Assembly (NCBI GenBank): GCA_035627655.1 | Contig: DASPLI010000001.1 | Span: 112,991-176,990, forward strand | Length of the DNA: 64,000 nucleotides | Source of the DNA: Minisyncoccota bacterium | GTDB lineage: Bacteria > Patescibacteriota > Minisyncoccia > Phycocordibacterales > Phycocordibacteraceae | Direction: 5' to 3' | In this document: positions 9,691-19,124 of the stretch, in pieces | Numbering within the stretch: the first letter of the stretch is position 1 | Layout: each line of letters begins with the position of its first letter | The notes under the pieces: generated by a model | What the model was told of the DNA's origin: nothing | Databases searched by the model: none | What the model saw: only the letters and a program-made list of their open reading frames with translations | Program-made: the position numbers and the translations under genes

Positions 9691-10371
9691 TTAGTCCTTG
9701 ATCTGCTCGCGCATCTTGTCGATGTAGCGAGCGGCAGCTGCCTGGCCGCCAAGGCCGAATGAAAGACCGAAGGCAAGCGCAAGAGCGACCACGACACCCG
9801 TGAAGAGGGTCTGGACGAACGGCGTAACACCGAGCTGATCGAGCGCGGCGAGGATCGCGAAGATCCAGATTGACCAGCGCGCAAGGGCGCCGAGGAAGTT
9901 TGCCGAGCGGAGGTTTGCAGCTGCAGCAGAGCCGGTAACGACGCGCTGTGCTGCTTCTGCAACGACTGCTGCGACAAGCAGGATAAGAACCGCAACGATG
10001 ACCTGCGGGAGGTACCCGAGAACAACGGCGCGGAGGAAGATCGTAACCTCGGTAAGGCCGAGCACATCAAGTGCGGCAACGAGGAAGACGATGATGAAGA
10101 ACCACTTCACGAGCATCCCGAGGAATGCGCCCGCGTTCAGCTTGAAGCCTGCGCGCTCAACGACGCGGTCAACACCTGCGGCGCGAAGGGCCTGATCAAC
10201 CTTGATAGCAGAAATGACCTGCGCAACGACGCGGCCAAGGCCTGCTCCAATGAGCCAACCAATGATGAAGATGATGATCGCAGCTACTAAATTGGGGAGG
10301 AACGCAATCAGTCCGTAGAACAAGTTCTGGAAGGACTGAGTGAGGACATCCGCCCAAGTGGTGAAAAACAT
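9691..10371 (-). CDS. MscS-associated TM-helix repeat protein (CmpX-like)
   Basis: Repeated FLPNLVAAIII and YLPQVIVAVLIL helices, C-terminal ALAFGLSFGLGG. Confidence 0.8.
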   Translation of the reverse strand: MFFTTWADVLTQSFQNLFYGLIAFLPNLVAAIIIFIIGWLIGAGLGRVVAQVISAIKVDQALRAAGVDRVVERAGFKLNAGAFLGMLVKWFFIIVFLVAALDVLGLTEVTIFLRAVVLGYLPQVIVAVLILLVAAVVAEAAQRVVTGSAAAANLRSANFLGALARWSIWIFAILAALDQLGVTPFVQTLFTGVVVALALAFGLSFGLGGQAAAARYIDKMREQIKD

Positions 10372-10563
10372 AGAGTACCGGTTAGGTGGATTAGTTTTGT
10401 AATGCGGGCGCAGGTCAAGGGCCTGCTTCCCTTAAGTGTAGCAGGGGTGACCGTGTCACAAGATAGGCCTGGGGATACGAAAAATGGCGCTTTTTCGGCC
10501 TAGTAGAGGTTGACCCCTCTCTATTCACGTTGTATGGTCCAGTGCAGAAAGAAAGGAGGAGGG

Positions 10564-11094
10564 ATGTTTTTCCAACGTTTCGACACTTGGCTGATTGATC
10601 GCCATTACCAGCGATGGACAGACTGGGTGACAGAAAAGATCGGCACGTCTTCATATACGCTCGCTGCCCTGTGCGGCTTCGTGTACCTGAGCACGTCTAT
10701 TGGCCTTGAAGTCCTCTACGGCTTCATGGGCTGGCTTGCACAGCTTGTGAAAGCACTGCATCTGCTCGTCACCCTCTATCTCGCGCGTAAGGCATACCGG
10801 TTTGCGAAAAATCCGGTTCCGCCGACAGCACGTACTGCAAGTCCACTCCGGCAGTTCATGCCCTGGGGCATGGCTCGCATCATGTACCTTCCGTTCGCCA
10901 TTGTGGTAACGGTACTCATGCTCACCGTTGGTATTGTAAGCGGTCTGCAGTGGCTGCTGCATCCGGTACCCATGTTCATGATCATGAGCAACTGGGGCAT
11001 CGCACTTCTGTACGGGTTTGGCGGTTGCACTCCAAAACCACCAAAACCAAAAGAAGTGTACGTGCCAGCAGGCGCTCTTGAGGGCGCCAGCTAA
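10564..11094 (+). CDS. Hypothetical multi-pass membrane protein
   Basis: GGAGG SD, promoter TTGACC-17-TATGGT at 10510-10538, about 4 TM segments, terminator at 11101-11131. Confidence 0.7.
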   Translation: MFFQRFDTWLIDRHYQRWTDWVTEKIGTSSYTLAALCGFVYLSTSIGLEVLYGFMGWLAQLVKALHLLVTLYLARKAYRFAKNPVPPTARTASPLRQFMPWGMARIMYLPFAIVVTVLMLTVGIVSGLQWLLHPVPMFMIMSNWGIALLYGFGGCTPKPPKPKEVYVPAGALEGAS

Positions 11095-11132
11095 ACGAAC
11101 AAGGCCGTGGCAAAATGCCACGGCCTTCTTTC

Positions 11133-11702
11133 TTATATGCCAATCTTGTCGATCACCACGCGATGTGGGTAGTCGAGCACGTCGCGAACGAGGCGATCGT
11201 ATACGCCAACCCGATAGCGGAAATCTTCCGTTGAGAAACAGGCGTACCGTAGTTCACGACCAAGTTCCGCCTCAAGCGAGTGAACAACGGTTGCAAGCGT
11301 CCGCTCATCAAGCCGGTCGCCAACAATAAGAATGTCGACTTTTGATTCTGGAACACCGGTAAACAATCCGGAGAGCGCAACAAGCCGGAGTGTGCCTGCC
11401 TTCTTAAGGTTGCTGCTGATGCTTGCGTCGTCAACACCAGAAGACGTTCGCAAGAACGTGCGGAGAGGTTCGTAGTGTGGGAATCGTACGTTTGCAGAAA
11501 ATACCGCGCCCCCCTTCCCTGTCTTCTTTTTGAGAATGGTCGCACCCGCAAGACTCTGTATCTCCCGTCTCGCTGCATCTTTAGAAATCTTGGTGCGCTT
11601 TGCTGCGTCAGCAATCGTGAACGTGTTTTCTTCGTTGAACAGGAACAGGCGAAGCAGTTTTATGCGAGCGGCTGATCCAAAGAGTTTTGCGAGTGGGTCC
11701 AT
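11133..11702 (-). CDS. Winged-HTH plus degenerate nucleotidyltransferase-like domain protein
   Basis: N-terminal LFGSAARIKLLRLF HTH. C-terminal SGLFT...VDILIVGD...LEAELGRELRY resembles an MNT fold. Confidence 0.7.
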   Translation of the reverse strand: MDPLAKLFGSAARIKLLRLFLFNEENTFTIADAAKRTKISKDAARREIQSLAGATILKKKTGKGGAVFSANVRFPHYEPLRTFLRTSSGVDDASISSNLKKAGTLRLVALSGLFTGVPESKVDILIVGDRLDERTLATVVHSLEAELGRELRYACFSTEDFRYRVGVYDRLVRDVLDYPHRVVIDKIGI

Positions 11703-11827
11703 AGGTATAACCCGGCTATTGTACCTACCAGAGACATAAGCTCCAAGAAACTTGCTTTGTCGAGGTTTATGTCGGATAACGCAAACGCCCCGCTTTCGCG
11801 GGGCGTTTGCTTGAAGCCGCTGGTGGG

Positions 11828-12259
11828 TTACTTAAGGGTAACCTTACCGCCTGCCTCTTCAACCTTCTTCTTAAGCTCGTCAGCTTCCTCCTTCTTCATG
11901 CCCGTCTTGAGCATGGCCGGAGCGCCATCAACGAGATCCTTTGCCTCCTTGAGGCCAAGGCCGAGGGCCTCCTTCACGACCTTAATAACGGAGATCTTGT
12001 TTGCACCGCCGTCAGAAAGCTCAACATCGAAGGAAGACTTCTCCTCGCCGCCTGCTGCTGCGCCACCCGCTGCAGGACCTGCAACGGCGACTGCTGCTGC
12101 AGAAACGCCGAACTTCTTCTCAAATACCTTCACGAGCTCAGAGAGTTCGAGAACGGTCATGCTCTCGATCTCCTCAACAAGCTTCTTGAACTTTGCCGGA
12201 ACCTCAACCGCCTCTTCCGGAGAAGCGACAGCGACGTCCTGATTCATTTCATCTGCCAT
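11828..12259 (-). CDS. rplL: 50S ribosomal protein L7/L12
   Basis: [27 protein letters not shown]. Confidence 0.97.
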   Translation of the reverse strand: MADEMNQDVAVASPEEAVEVPAKFKKLVEEIESMTVLELSELVKVFEKKFGVSAAAVAVAGPAAGGAAAGGEEKSSFDVELSDGGANKISVIKVVKEALGLGLKEAKDLVDGAPAMLKTGMKKEEADELKKKVEEAGGKVTLK

Positions 12260-12281
12260 ATAGGTAGTACTACGTACTTAA

Positions 12282-12773
12282 TTAAGCGCCCTTCTTTTCG
12301 CGAATCTGATCGAGCACGATCGCAAGACCCTGGATCGGGCTGTTGATCACGTTGACGAACATGCCGCGGAGCACTGGTACCGGAGGAATCGTGGCAATTG
12401 CCTTCATGGCAGTTGCGTCGAGGTACTTGCCCTCGAACACGCCGCCAAGAATCGAGATTCCCTCGTGCTTCTTGCCATGTTCCCAAATACCGCGTGCTGC
12501 TGCAGTCGCGTCATCGTTGCTCCACGCAATTGCCACTTCGCCTTCAAGCTCCGGAAGTGTTCCTTCGTATCCACGCTCAGCAAGCGCACGCTTGAGAAGC
12601 GTTTTCTTGGCTACGTAGTAGCCAACTCCCTCATCTTTGAGGGACTTGCGCATTGCGGAGGTGTCCGCGACTGAAATCTTGCCGAAGCGTACGAAGACGA
12701 CGGAAACCGCGTCTTTGATGGCATCTGCCGCTTTCGCGACGATGTCCTGCTTCTTTGCTTTGGTAATTGCCAT
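12282..12773 (-). CDS. rplJ: 50S ribosomal protein L10
   Basis: VAKKTLLKRAL motif, immediately upstream of rplL. Confidence 0.95.
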   Translation of the reverse strand: MAITKAKKQDIVAKAADAIKDAVSVVFVRFGKISVADTSAMRKSLKDEGVGYYVAKKTLLKRALAERGYEGTLPELEGEVAIAWSNDDATAAARGIWEHGKKHEGISILGGVFEGKYLDATAMKAIATIPPVPVLRGMFVNVINSPIQGLAIVLDQIREKKGA

Positions 12774-12794
12774 AATGTGTGGTTCGTACGAGAA

Positions 12795-12910
12795 CGAACA
12801 CGGTCTCCCGTTGTCGGGGAGACCGAGGAGACAGTCGAACAGAAAAGTTTCCTTCTCTGTTCGTCCCTCGGCAGGGCTTATGGATGCCTGCTGTCTTCGG
12901 TCCGTACAGG
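12795..12910 (-). promoter_or_regulatory. L10 leader RNA (autogenous control of rplJL)
   Basis: CCGAAGACAGCAGG...TAAGCCCTGCCGAGG matches the L10-leader pattern and lies directly upstream of rplJ. Confidence 0.8.
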
Positions 12911-12920
12911 GGCTACTCTA

Positions 12921-13022
12921 CTAGACCAGGCTGCCGGTGGCAAGGTAGAGGATGCCAAGCGAGAGCGAGATGATAAGAGAGAACCCGCAGGCGAACTTGA
13001 GGAATTCAACGACGTAGTGCAT
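12921..13022 (-). CDS. 33-aa single-TM small protein (MHYVVEFLKFACGFSLIISLSLGILYLATGSLV)
   Basis: Manual translation. TATCCT lies 7 nt before the ATG, as for other core genes, and the ORF fills the intergenic gap. Confidence 0.55.
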   Translation of the reverse strand: MHYVVEFLKFACGFSLIISLSLGILYLATGSLV

Positions 13023-13039
13023 CGCCTTTAGGATACCAC

Positions 13040-13660
13040 CTAGCTTGGCGTCTGCTCGAGGAAGAGACGGCAGGTGCCGCTATCGGTCGTGCGGTACGTG
13101 ATTGTGAAGTCGGTGTTGCCGTCAGTGGAGGTTGTCGCACCAGTTATCCGGAAACGGTCTGGGTTCGTGCCGATCATGGCATCAACCTGCGTAGCGCGGA
13201 AGCTTGGGGTCCGCCAGACCTGGTAGAAGTACGCGCGAGTATTATCGACATAGAACGCATACTGAGGAGCTGCTCCGCAGTTCGCGATCACGTTTGCGCC
13301 CGTGTAGGCGGTAAAGTCGTTGAGTCGCTTGAACGTTTCTGCATCTGCATCTGGAACGGCGAGCGCCGCGTTACCCGTGAGCGATCGGAAGAAGACGGTA
13401 TTGTTCTCGATGTAGGAATATTCGTCAACGCGAGTCGCGCCTTGCGGGAGCACGAACGGAAGTTCAGGCGGAAGGACTCCTCCACCAACACGCGGGGTTT
13501 CCGTTTCAGTGCCGGTCGTTTCAGTTGTGGTGGCAACGGTCTCCGGCGTATTGCTCTCAGGAGCTGTAGCTGGTGTCGGCTGACTTACAAACCATGCAAT
13601 GCCGAGGACGATAACAACGGCAAGAGCGGCAAGAATAAGCTGTTTCTGGGAAAGTTTCAT
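13040..13660 (-). CDS. Membrane-anchored secreted hypothetical protein
   Basis: N-terminal TM helix, Thr/Glu/Pro linker, beta-rich domain with a DADAETF motif. Confidence 0.75.
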   Translation of the reverse strand: MKLSQKQLILAALAVVIVLGIAWFVSQPTPATAPESNTPETVATTTETTGTETETPRVGGGVLPPELPFVLPQGATRVDEYSYIENNTVFFRSLTGNAALAVPDADAETFKRLNDFTAYTGANVIANCGAAPQYAFYVDNTRAYFYQVWRTPSFRATQVDAMIGTNPDRFRITGATTSTDGNTDFTITYRTTDSGTCRLFLEQTPS

Positions 13661-13676
13661 ACTTCAAGACTATACC

Positions 13677-15659
13677 TTAGAGGTTGGTGAATTTTAAGAC
13701 GGAGATATTCGGGAACTGCCGCTTCTGGCGCTCCAGGTATTCTGCAGCGTCTTTCGTGAATGGGATGTCGGGATTGATGGCAAGCGCTTCTTCCATGAGC
13801 CGATCTGCTTCAGCCAGATTGCCGGCATAGAGCTCTGTGATGGAACCGAGCACATAGGTGACCGGATTCCCGGGCGACAAGTCATAGGATTCTTGTACAA
13901 GAGTACGAGCGTCAGCCAGACGATCCTCTCCAAGTGCCGTCTTCAACAGAAGCAAGTACACGTAATTCATCCGGGCACGGTAATCGTCTGGAATCCGCTC
14001 AAGACGATCTCTGAAGTAGCCTTCGTAGACTGATAGGGTCGAGAGCACGAGATCAATCTTCGCCTGCGACGGCCGCTCAGCAATACTTGCGAGCGCTCCT
14101 TTAACAAAGGAAGCAAATGAAAGACGCAAAGATTCAAAACTTGAAACGCGAGAAAGGGATGCGGCGATCGCAGCACGCTGCTCTTCCGTTGTTGTTACCT
14201 GAATAGTGCGGAAGAGTGCTGATTGACGATTATATTCATCAAGCGCAAGCTTCCCATCAAAAAGCACGAGGAGCACAAGTCCTCCCGCAAGCGCGGTGCG
14301 CACTGACTTCCCCATAGCAAGCTCCTTCCCTTCTCCGCCTCGCTCAAGCGAAAGAGCGTACCCGCCGATAACCGCAAGCAGCGTATAGCTTACGATGGTG
14401 TCGAATCCTGTTTGCATCTGTAAGAGATGTGCCGGCACCACTGCAAAAAGAACAAGCGCTTCCCTGCCAGTAATTCTCCTTTCTCGATACGCTCGATAGA
14501 CCGCAAGCACGTACGCAAGTATGAGAAGTGCAAATGATCCCACACCAAACACTCCACTTACCACCAAAGTGTCGATAAAGACGTTGTGGGCTCGTTCGAA
14601 CCAAATTTCGCCGATGTTTTCTTCGAGAAACACTCGGTTATCAAAGTGGTGCTGGAACGCGAAGTTGAAATTCTCTGGCCCCCAGCCAAAAAGTGGGCGC
14701 TCGACAAACGCATCCATGCTTGTCTGCCAGACGAGCGGACGGGCTGCAGTCGACTCGCGAATGTACGCTTCTTGTACCGCACTTCCGGGGGTAAAGAGCA
14801 TGCCAAGCCCAATTGCAAGACCGACCAAGATAAGAGCGCCGAATCCGACAATACTTTTTATTCGAGTATGTGTCGGGAGAAAGCGCTGTAGTAAGAATGT
14901 TCCAAGGAAGAAGGCAAGAAGTACGTAGAGACTTGCGCTTGAAGCACGAGCAGCACCGAGCAGCGACGCAGGATTAGAGAAGACAGAGAGCAGTGGTGTA
15001 TGACCAAGTACGATACCAACCACATTGGACAAAAGGGGTGAAAGCGCTGCGAGTGCGAGCGATCCAAGGAGTATGAGGCGCCACCGACCGCGTTCCGTTC
15101 GTACAAACTCTATGCAGCCAATAACAAAGGCAAGGAAGAGGAACGCTCCGGCATAGGTTTCATTTCCCATCGAGAGACTTGGAGCTCCGATCGGAACGGT
15201 AAGAAAATGTCCTTCTGCACCCAACCCGTTTACGCCAATAATAGAGAGGAATCCGAAGATGCCGCCGGAAATTGCTATTGCACGGAAAACGAGCGACCAA
15301 TCTTTTTTCCTAAGCAGCATGCCAAGCGAGAGCATGAGCGCCGCCAAGTAACAGAAGAAGAACACGCCGCTTGACCAGAAGATGTCAGACCAGAAGGAGC
15401 GTTCTGGAAAGACACCGAGAAGCGCCGAAACACCCTGCACCAGCAGGACGAGAACGAGCGTGAGCGTGAGCCACGACCGTTTGAGCACTACCCTTCCCTC
15501 ATAGATGCTGCGCGCAAGCAATAAGACAAGAACACTGGCTGAAAGAGCGACGAGAAAGAATTTGCCGTTGACCGCAGGGTAGAAAAAAGTAGCAGGTAGG
15601 AAAAACGGAAGGAGGAACAGAAAGGCGGCGCTCAGGACGCCCGCACCACTGTATTTCAT
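13677..15659 (-). CDS. O-antigen ligase / O-oligosaccharyltransferase family protein with C-terminal TPR
   Basis: Many TM helices, R..VW...ERPLFGWGPENF and RAHN motifs, TPR-like C-terminus. Confidence 0.88.
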   Translation of the reverse strand: MKYSGAGVLSAAFLFLLPFFLPATFFYPAVNGKFFLVALSASVLVLLLARSIYEGRVVLKRSWLTLTLVLVLLVQGVSALLGVFPERSFWSDIFWSSGVFFFCYLAALMLSLGMLLRKKDWSLVFRAIAISGGIFGFLSIIGVNGLGAEGHFLTVPIGAPSLSMGNETYAGAFLFLAFVIGCIEFVRTERGRWRLILLGSLALAALSPLLSNVVGIVLGHTPLLSVFSNPASLLGAARASSASLYVLLAFFLGTFLLQRFLPTHTRIKSIVGFGALILVGLAIGLGMLFTPGSAVQEAYIRESTAARPLVWQTSMDAFVERPLFGWGPENFNFAFQHHFDNRVFLEENIGEIWFERAHNVFIDTLVVSGVFGVGSFALLILAYVLAVYRAYRERRITGREALVLFAVVPAHLLQMQTGFDTIVSYTLLAVIGGYALSLERGGEGKELAMGKSVRTALAGGLVLLVLFDGKLALDEYNRQSALFRTIQVTTTEEQRAAIAASLSRVSSFESLRLSFASFVKGALASIAERPSQAKIDLVLSTLSVYEGYFRDRLERIPDDYRARMNYVYLLLLKTALGEDRLADARTLVQESYDLSPGNPVTYVLGSITELYAGNLAEADRLMEEALAINPDIPFTKDAAEYLERQKRQFPNISVLKFTNL

Positions 15660-15685
15660 GTGGGAAGCTTAGCAGTCCCGAAAAC

Positions 15686-15716
15686 AAAAAACCACCCCGT
15701 AGGGTGGTTTTTTGTT
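15686..15716 (-). terminator. Intrinsic terminator of the surface protein gene
   Basis: AAAAACCACCC/GGGTGGTTTTT hairpin with U tracts. Confidence 0.7.
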
Positions 15717-15768
15717 TGTTGACCTAGGAATTCCGTAGAACTCCCGAGGCGGTTCCTAAACTAGCGTA

Positions 15769-17739
15769 CTAGTTGAGGTATGCCTGATCCGTCTTGAAGT
15801 CTTCGAGGTTGAAGTCGTAGACGTTGAAGGTGGTCGAATCGTCGGTGTTCCAGCCGATAGCCTTGAGAAGGACACGGTAGAGACCATCATCCGCTGCGTC
15901 GCCGCTGTTGGTGCGAACGACGGTGAGGGTGAAGTCTGCATCCTCGCCTTCCTCGAGCTGTACGCCGTTGGAACCTGCCTCTGCGCCACCTGAGGTGGTG
16001 TAGGTAACACCATCAGAGATGTCGACGACAGTTGCGGTGCTGCCATCCTCTTCAACGAGGTAGCGAACGCCGTCAGTTGCGATGGTTGCATCCGGGATCG
16101 AAGTTGCAATCGTCGGAGCAGCATCGTCAGATACGTAGACCGTATCGCCGAAGGCTTCAACGTTGTACTTGATGCGGAAGGTACCAGAGTCGTTGTCAGC
16201 TGCAGAATCGTTGGCCGTTACTTCCTCAGTTGCTGAGATGAAGGTGACCATGATACCTGCTGCGCGAACTTCGATAGCACCAGCGTTTACGCTGCCGGTG
16301 ACATCAGAGTCGCCGAGCTCTTCACCAGACTCATCTTCTGCGTCGAATTCAGTGTCATCAGTCTGCTCTTCACCGAGGGCGAAGGAGACGGTGTCACCAG
16401 CATCGAGCGTGTCGCCGGTAGAGAAGAAGTCAGCCGTAACAACGACAGACACTTCCTCACCTGCGCCAATGGTCCAGTCAAGGTCATCGAAGACAACCTT
16501 CTCTGCGCTGTTGTCAGAGTCAGAGGTGCTGAGAGACTCAGAAGCAATCTCCTCGCCGTCCACAACGAGGTGGAGGGCAGAGATGAGATCGTCCGGATCG
16601 TTACCCGTACCCTCGGTAGAGGTTACGGATACGACGAGCGAGTCAATGGTGATGTCAGAGTCACCTTCAGCCTCAACGGTGAAGGACATAACCTCAACAT
16701 CATCAGTGTCATCGGTCTCGTCTACATTGATGGTGCGAGCATCGTTGATCGCATCATCATCCTCAGCGAACTTGAGCTCAGTGTCAGACGCCGAAGCGAA
16801 AGATACGAAGCTGAAGGTGCGAGTTGAGGTGCTTGGGTCTTCAGAGACCGTTGCGCCGTCAGCATCGACGAAGCGAATCTGGCGGAAGTCAACCGTCCAG
16901 GTGTCGTTCAAGTCAGAGCTGTCGAGGTTTGCAGCGCCAGTGATGGCAACCGTAAGCTCGCCAGTCTCACCTGCCTCGAGAACTGCGTCATCGAGAGAGA
17001 CAGTCTTGGTCCAGTCGTTGTCGTCGTTGAATTCATCTCCATCAACGCGAGCAACTTCCTCGCCGTCAAACCAGATAGAGACTTCAGAAGCGTAGTCCTC
17101 GAAGTCAGAACCTGCAGTACCCTCATCGAAGACAAGGCGAACTGCAGTGAGTTCAAGGTCAGAGCCATCATCGGCCTCGATCTCAAGACCAGCAATCTCC
17201 TGATCCTCCTCGTCCTCACCGACCTCCTCGTTGTTGAGGGAAGCCATGAGTTCGTAAGAATCTACGGAGCCTGCGCCACCTGAGAGGCCACCGCCGGTAG
17301 AACCGCCAGTAGAGCCGCCGGTAGAACCACCTGCCATGGCGTTAACCTTGGCGCGGGTGATAGGACCGAAGTAGCCAGAAGCTGGCGTAATGCCGTTTGC
17401 AGCCTGGAAGGCAGCAAGAGCTGACTGGGTCTGGGCACCGAAGTATCCGGTTGCGCCAGCTGGGATCGAGTAACCCTTCGAGATGAGCCAGTTCTGGAGA
17501 GCAGTAACCTCAGCACCAGAAGAACCCAAAGTGAGGTCCATGGTGAAGGTCATGCCAGCAGAAGCTGAGCCACCCTGAAGTGCAGCAATCTGAGCAAGAA
17601 GAGCGTTGATCTGAGACTGGAGGTCACCTACCGTCTGTGCGCGGGCCGCAGGGGCAAACGCAGCAAACGAAGAGAACACGAGGCCGAGACCAGCTACAAC
17701 TGCCGCGACGCGTGCAAGTGCATTGCTAGTAGCAATCAT
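15769..17739 (-). CDS. Acidic secreted surface protein with peptidoglycan-binding domain (S-layer-like)
   Basis: Signal peptide, LTLGSSGAEVTALQ...GYFGPITRA PG-binding motif, (GGST)3 linker, Asp/Glu-rich beta domains. Confidence 0.85.
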   Translation of the reverse strand: MIATSNALARVAAVVAGLGLVFSSFAAFAPAARAQTVGDLQSQINALLAQIAALQGGSASAGMTFTMDLTLGSSGAEVTALQNWLISKGYSIPAGATGYFGAQTQSALAAFQAANGITPASGYFGPITRAKVNAMAGGSTGGSTGGSTGGGLSGGAGSVDSYELMASLNNEEVGEDEEDQEIAGLEIEADDGSDLELTAVRLVFDEGTAGSDFEDYASEVSIWFDGEEVARVDGDEFNDDNDWTKTVSLDDAVLEAGETGELTVAITGAANLDSSDLNDTWTVDFRQIRFVDADGATVSEDPSTSTRTFSFVSFASASDTELKFAEDDDAINDARTINVDETDDTDDVEVMSFTVEAEGDSDITIDSLVVSVTSTEGTGNDPDDLISALHLVVDGEEIASESLSTSDSDNSAEKVVFDDLDWTIGAGEEVSVVVTADFFSTGDTLDAGDTVSFALGEEQTDDTEFDAEDESGEELGDSDVTGSVNAGAIEVRAAGIMVTFISATEEVTANDSAADNDSGTFRIKYNVEAFGDTVYVSDDAAPTIATSIPDATIATDGVRYLVEEDGSTATVVDISDGVTYTTSGGAEAGSNGVQLEEGEDADFTLTVVRTNSGDAADDGLYRVLLKAIGWNTDDSTTFNVYDFNLEDFKTDQAYLN

Positions 17740-18249
17740 GTTTTTAAGTTTGTTTTTATCGAAACGCGTGCGACGCGGCTAACTAATAAGGTGCGCCGCG
17801 CGCGCTCCGTTTCAATTGTCTTACTAATGGGTTGTGTCACATTCAGGCACCCGTGGGTGCCGTTTGCGACGGTTCACATCTTTCAGACTAGACCTACAGG
17901 GCGCAGTATCGACCCACGTCCCATAGGCTAGCTGGCAAATTTGGAATCCGTTCCGAGTTCTTCCGTATCTGAAAATGCATCCGTTCCGCGCTCGCCTTCC
18001 TTTTGTGAAGACGAGCATGAAGGCGGTCTATGACCGCTATATTCGCGCATATGCTCAATATCCCTCCCGATTGTAATCGGGAGTAATGAGCACTACGTGA
18101 AGCATGTCAATGACCGCAGGTGCCTTCGCACCCTGCCCTGCCGAAACCCGGAGGCCGTAAGCCCCGCGGGTCCGGTATGCAAAGAAGTATACCGAGCTTC
18201 CGCTTTCCGGAGGGCACAAACGAATGTGGATAACCGCCGAAAGAAACGC

Positions 18250-18272
18250 AAAATAGACCGCCGAGCGGTCTA
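18250..18272 (-). terminator. Intrinsic terminator
   Basis: TAGACCGC-TCG-GCGGTCTA followed by TTTT. Confidence 0.7.
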
Positions 18273-18308
18273 GGGGTGCGAGTCTTATCGAGGGGCTCCC
18301 ACGGCGGG

Positions 18309-18337
18309 ATACTAGCCAAATGGACACCTAAAGTCAA
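18309..18337 (-). promoter_or_regulatory. Sigma70-like promoter at the head of the long intergenic region
   Basis: TTGACT-17 nt-TAGTAT. Confidence 0.6.
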
Positions 18338-18347
18338 TCCAGGTTCT

Positions 18348-19124
18348 TTAGGACTTAGCCGCAAGCGTATACGTCGTCCAGCGGCGTTCGCCGGTCTTTT
18401 GGACACGTCCTTCAGACACCAAGGCCTGGAGTTCTCGCTGAATTGTCTTTTCACTTACATCACGAATCATAGTTGATAGATCCTTTATATAGGACGGGCC
18501 CTTGGTTGAAAGGATGGAGAGGATGGCATCCCGCCGCCCGGTCTTTTGCGGCTTGTCCGATATGTGTCCTTTAGATTGTCCTTGATCGGAACTTGGCTTT
18601 GCTGTTCGTTCCAGTACACCTTCTGGTTTATTCGGACGCTCCGTTGTGCGGAACACTGCACGTGAAATAGTCGCTAGCGTCGGAGCTTCTTCAAGGAGAA
18701 CTTTTGGTTCCTCGTACGAAGCAATTTCGTGGAGGAGATGTCCTGCCTCATTACTAATGATTTCGGCATTCATGGGAGACAGGTGTCCGCCGGCTCGTGC
18801 AAGTGCAAGTAAACTACTGAGCGCAAGAAGCTCCCGAGAAAGGGCGTCGCGGGCTTCCATGGGAGGAAGAATAGACGCGTCGATAAGACCCACTGAGACA
18901 CGATCAAGACGTTCTTGAAGTGTCTTTGAATCCTTAAAGGCTGGCGCAATGAGATGTAGTGCCTTTGCAATACGTTCGGCCTTCTTATACAGGTACACCC
19001 TTCTTATGTCCTTATCAAACACGTTAGAAAATATAGATTTCTCAAGGACTAAAGAATCAATACCGGATACCTTTTTTGCATCTTTAGCGGACATAATGTC
19101 CTTTTGTATTTTGCTTTCAGACAT
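18348..19124 (-). CDS. Helical-bundle protein with C-terminal DeoR-like winged HTH
   Basis: C-terminal RRDAILSIL...IKDL...VSEKTIQRELQALVSEGRVQKTGERRW. Confidence 0.82.
   Translation of the reverse strand: MSESKIQKDIMSAKDAKKVSGIDSLVLEKSIFSNVFDKDIRRVYLYKKAERIAKALHLIAPAFKDSKTLQERLDRVSVGLIDASILPPMEARDALSRELLALSSLLALARAGGHLSPMNAEIISNEAGHLLHEIASYEEPKVLLEEAPTLATISRAVFRTTERPNKPEGVLERTAKPSSDQGQSKGHISDKPQKTGRRDAILSILSTKGPSYIKDLSTMIRDVSEKTIQRELQALVSEGRVQKTGERRWTTYTLAAKS

Noticed and set aside
17285-17335. Short tandem repeat (GGST)3, and Ala/Glu/Pro repeats in the rplS tail
   Set aside because: Ordinary low-complexity protein linkers, not CRISPR or VNTR systems.
18225-18233. DnaA boxes TTATCCACA at 18225 and 37541 as a replication origin
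   Set aside because: Isolated single boxes with no cluster, no AT-rich unwinding element and no dnaA/dnaN nearby.
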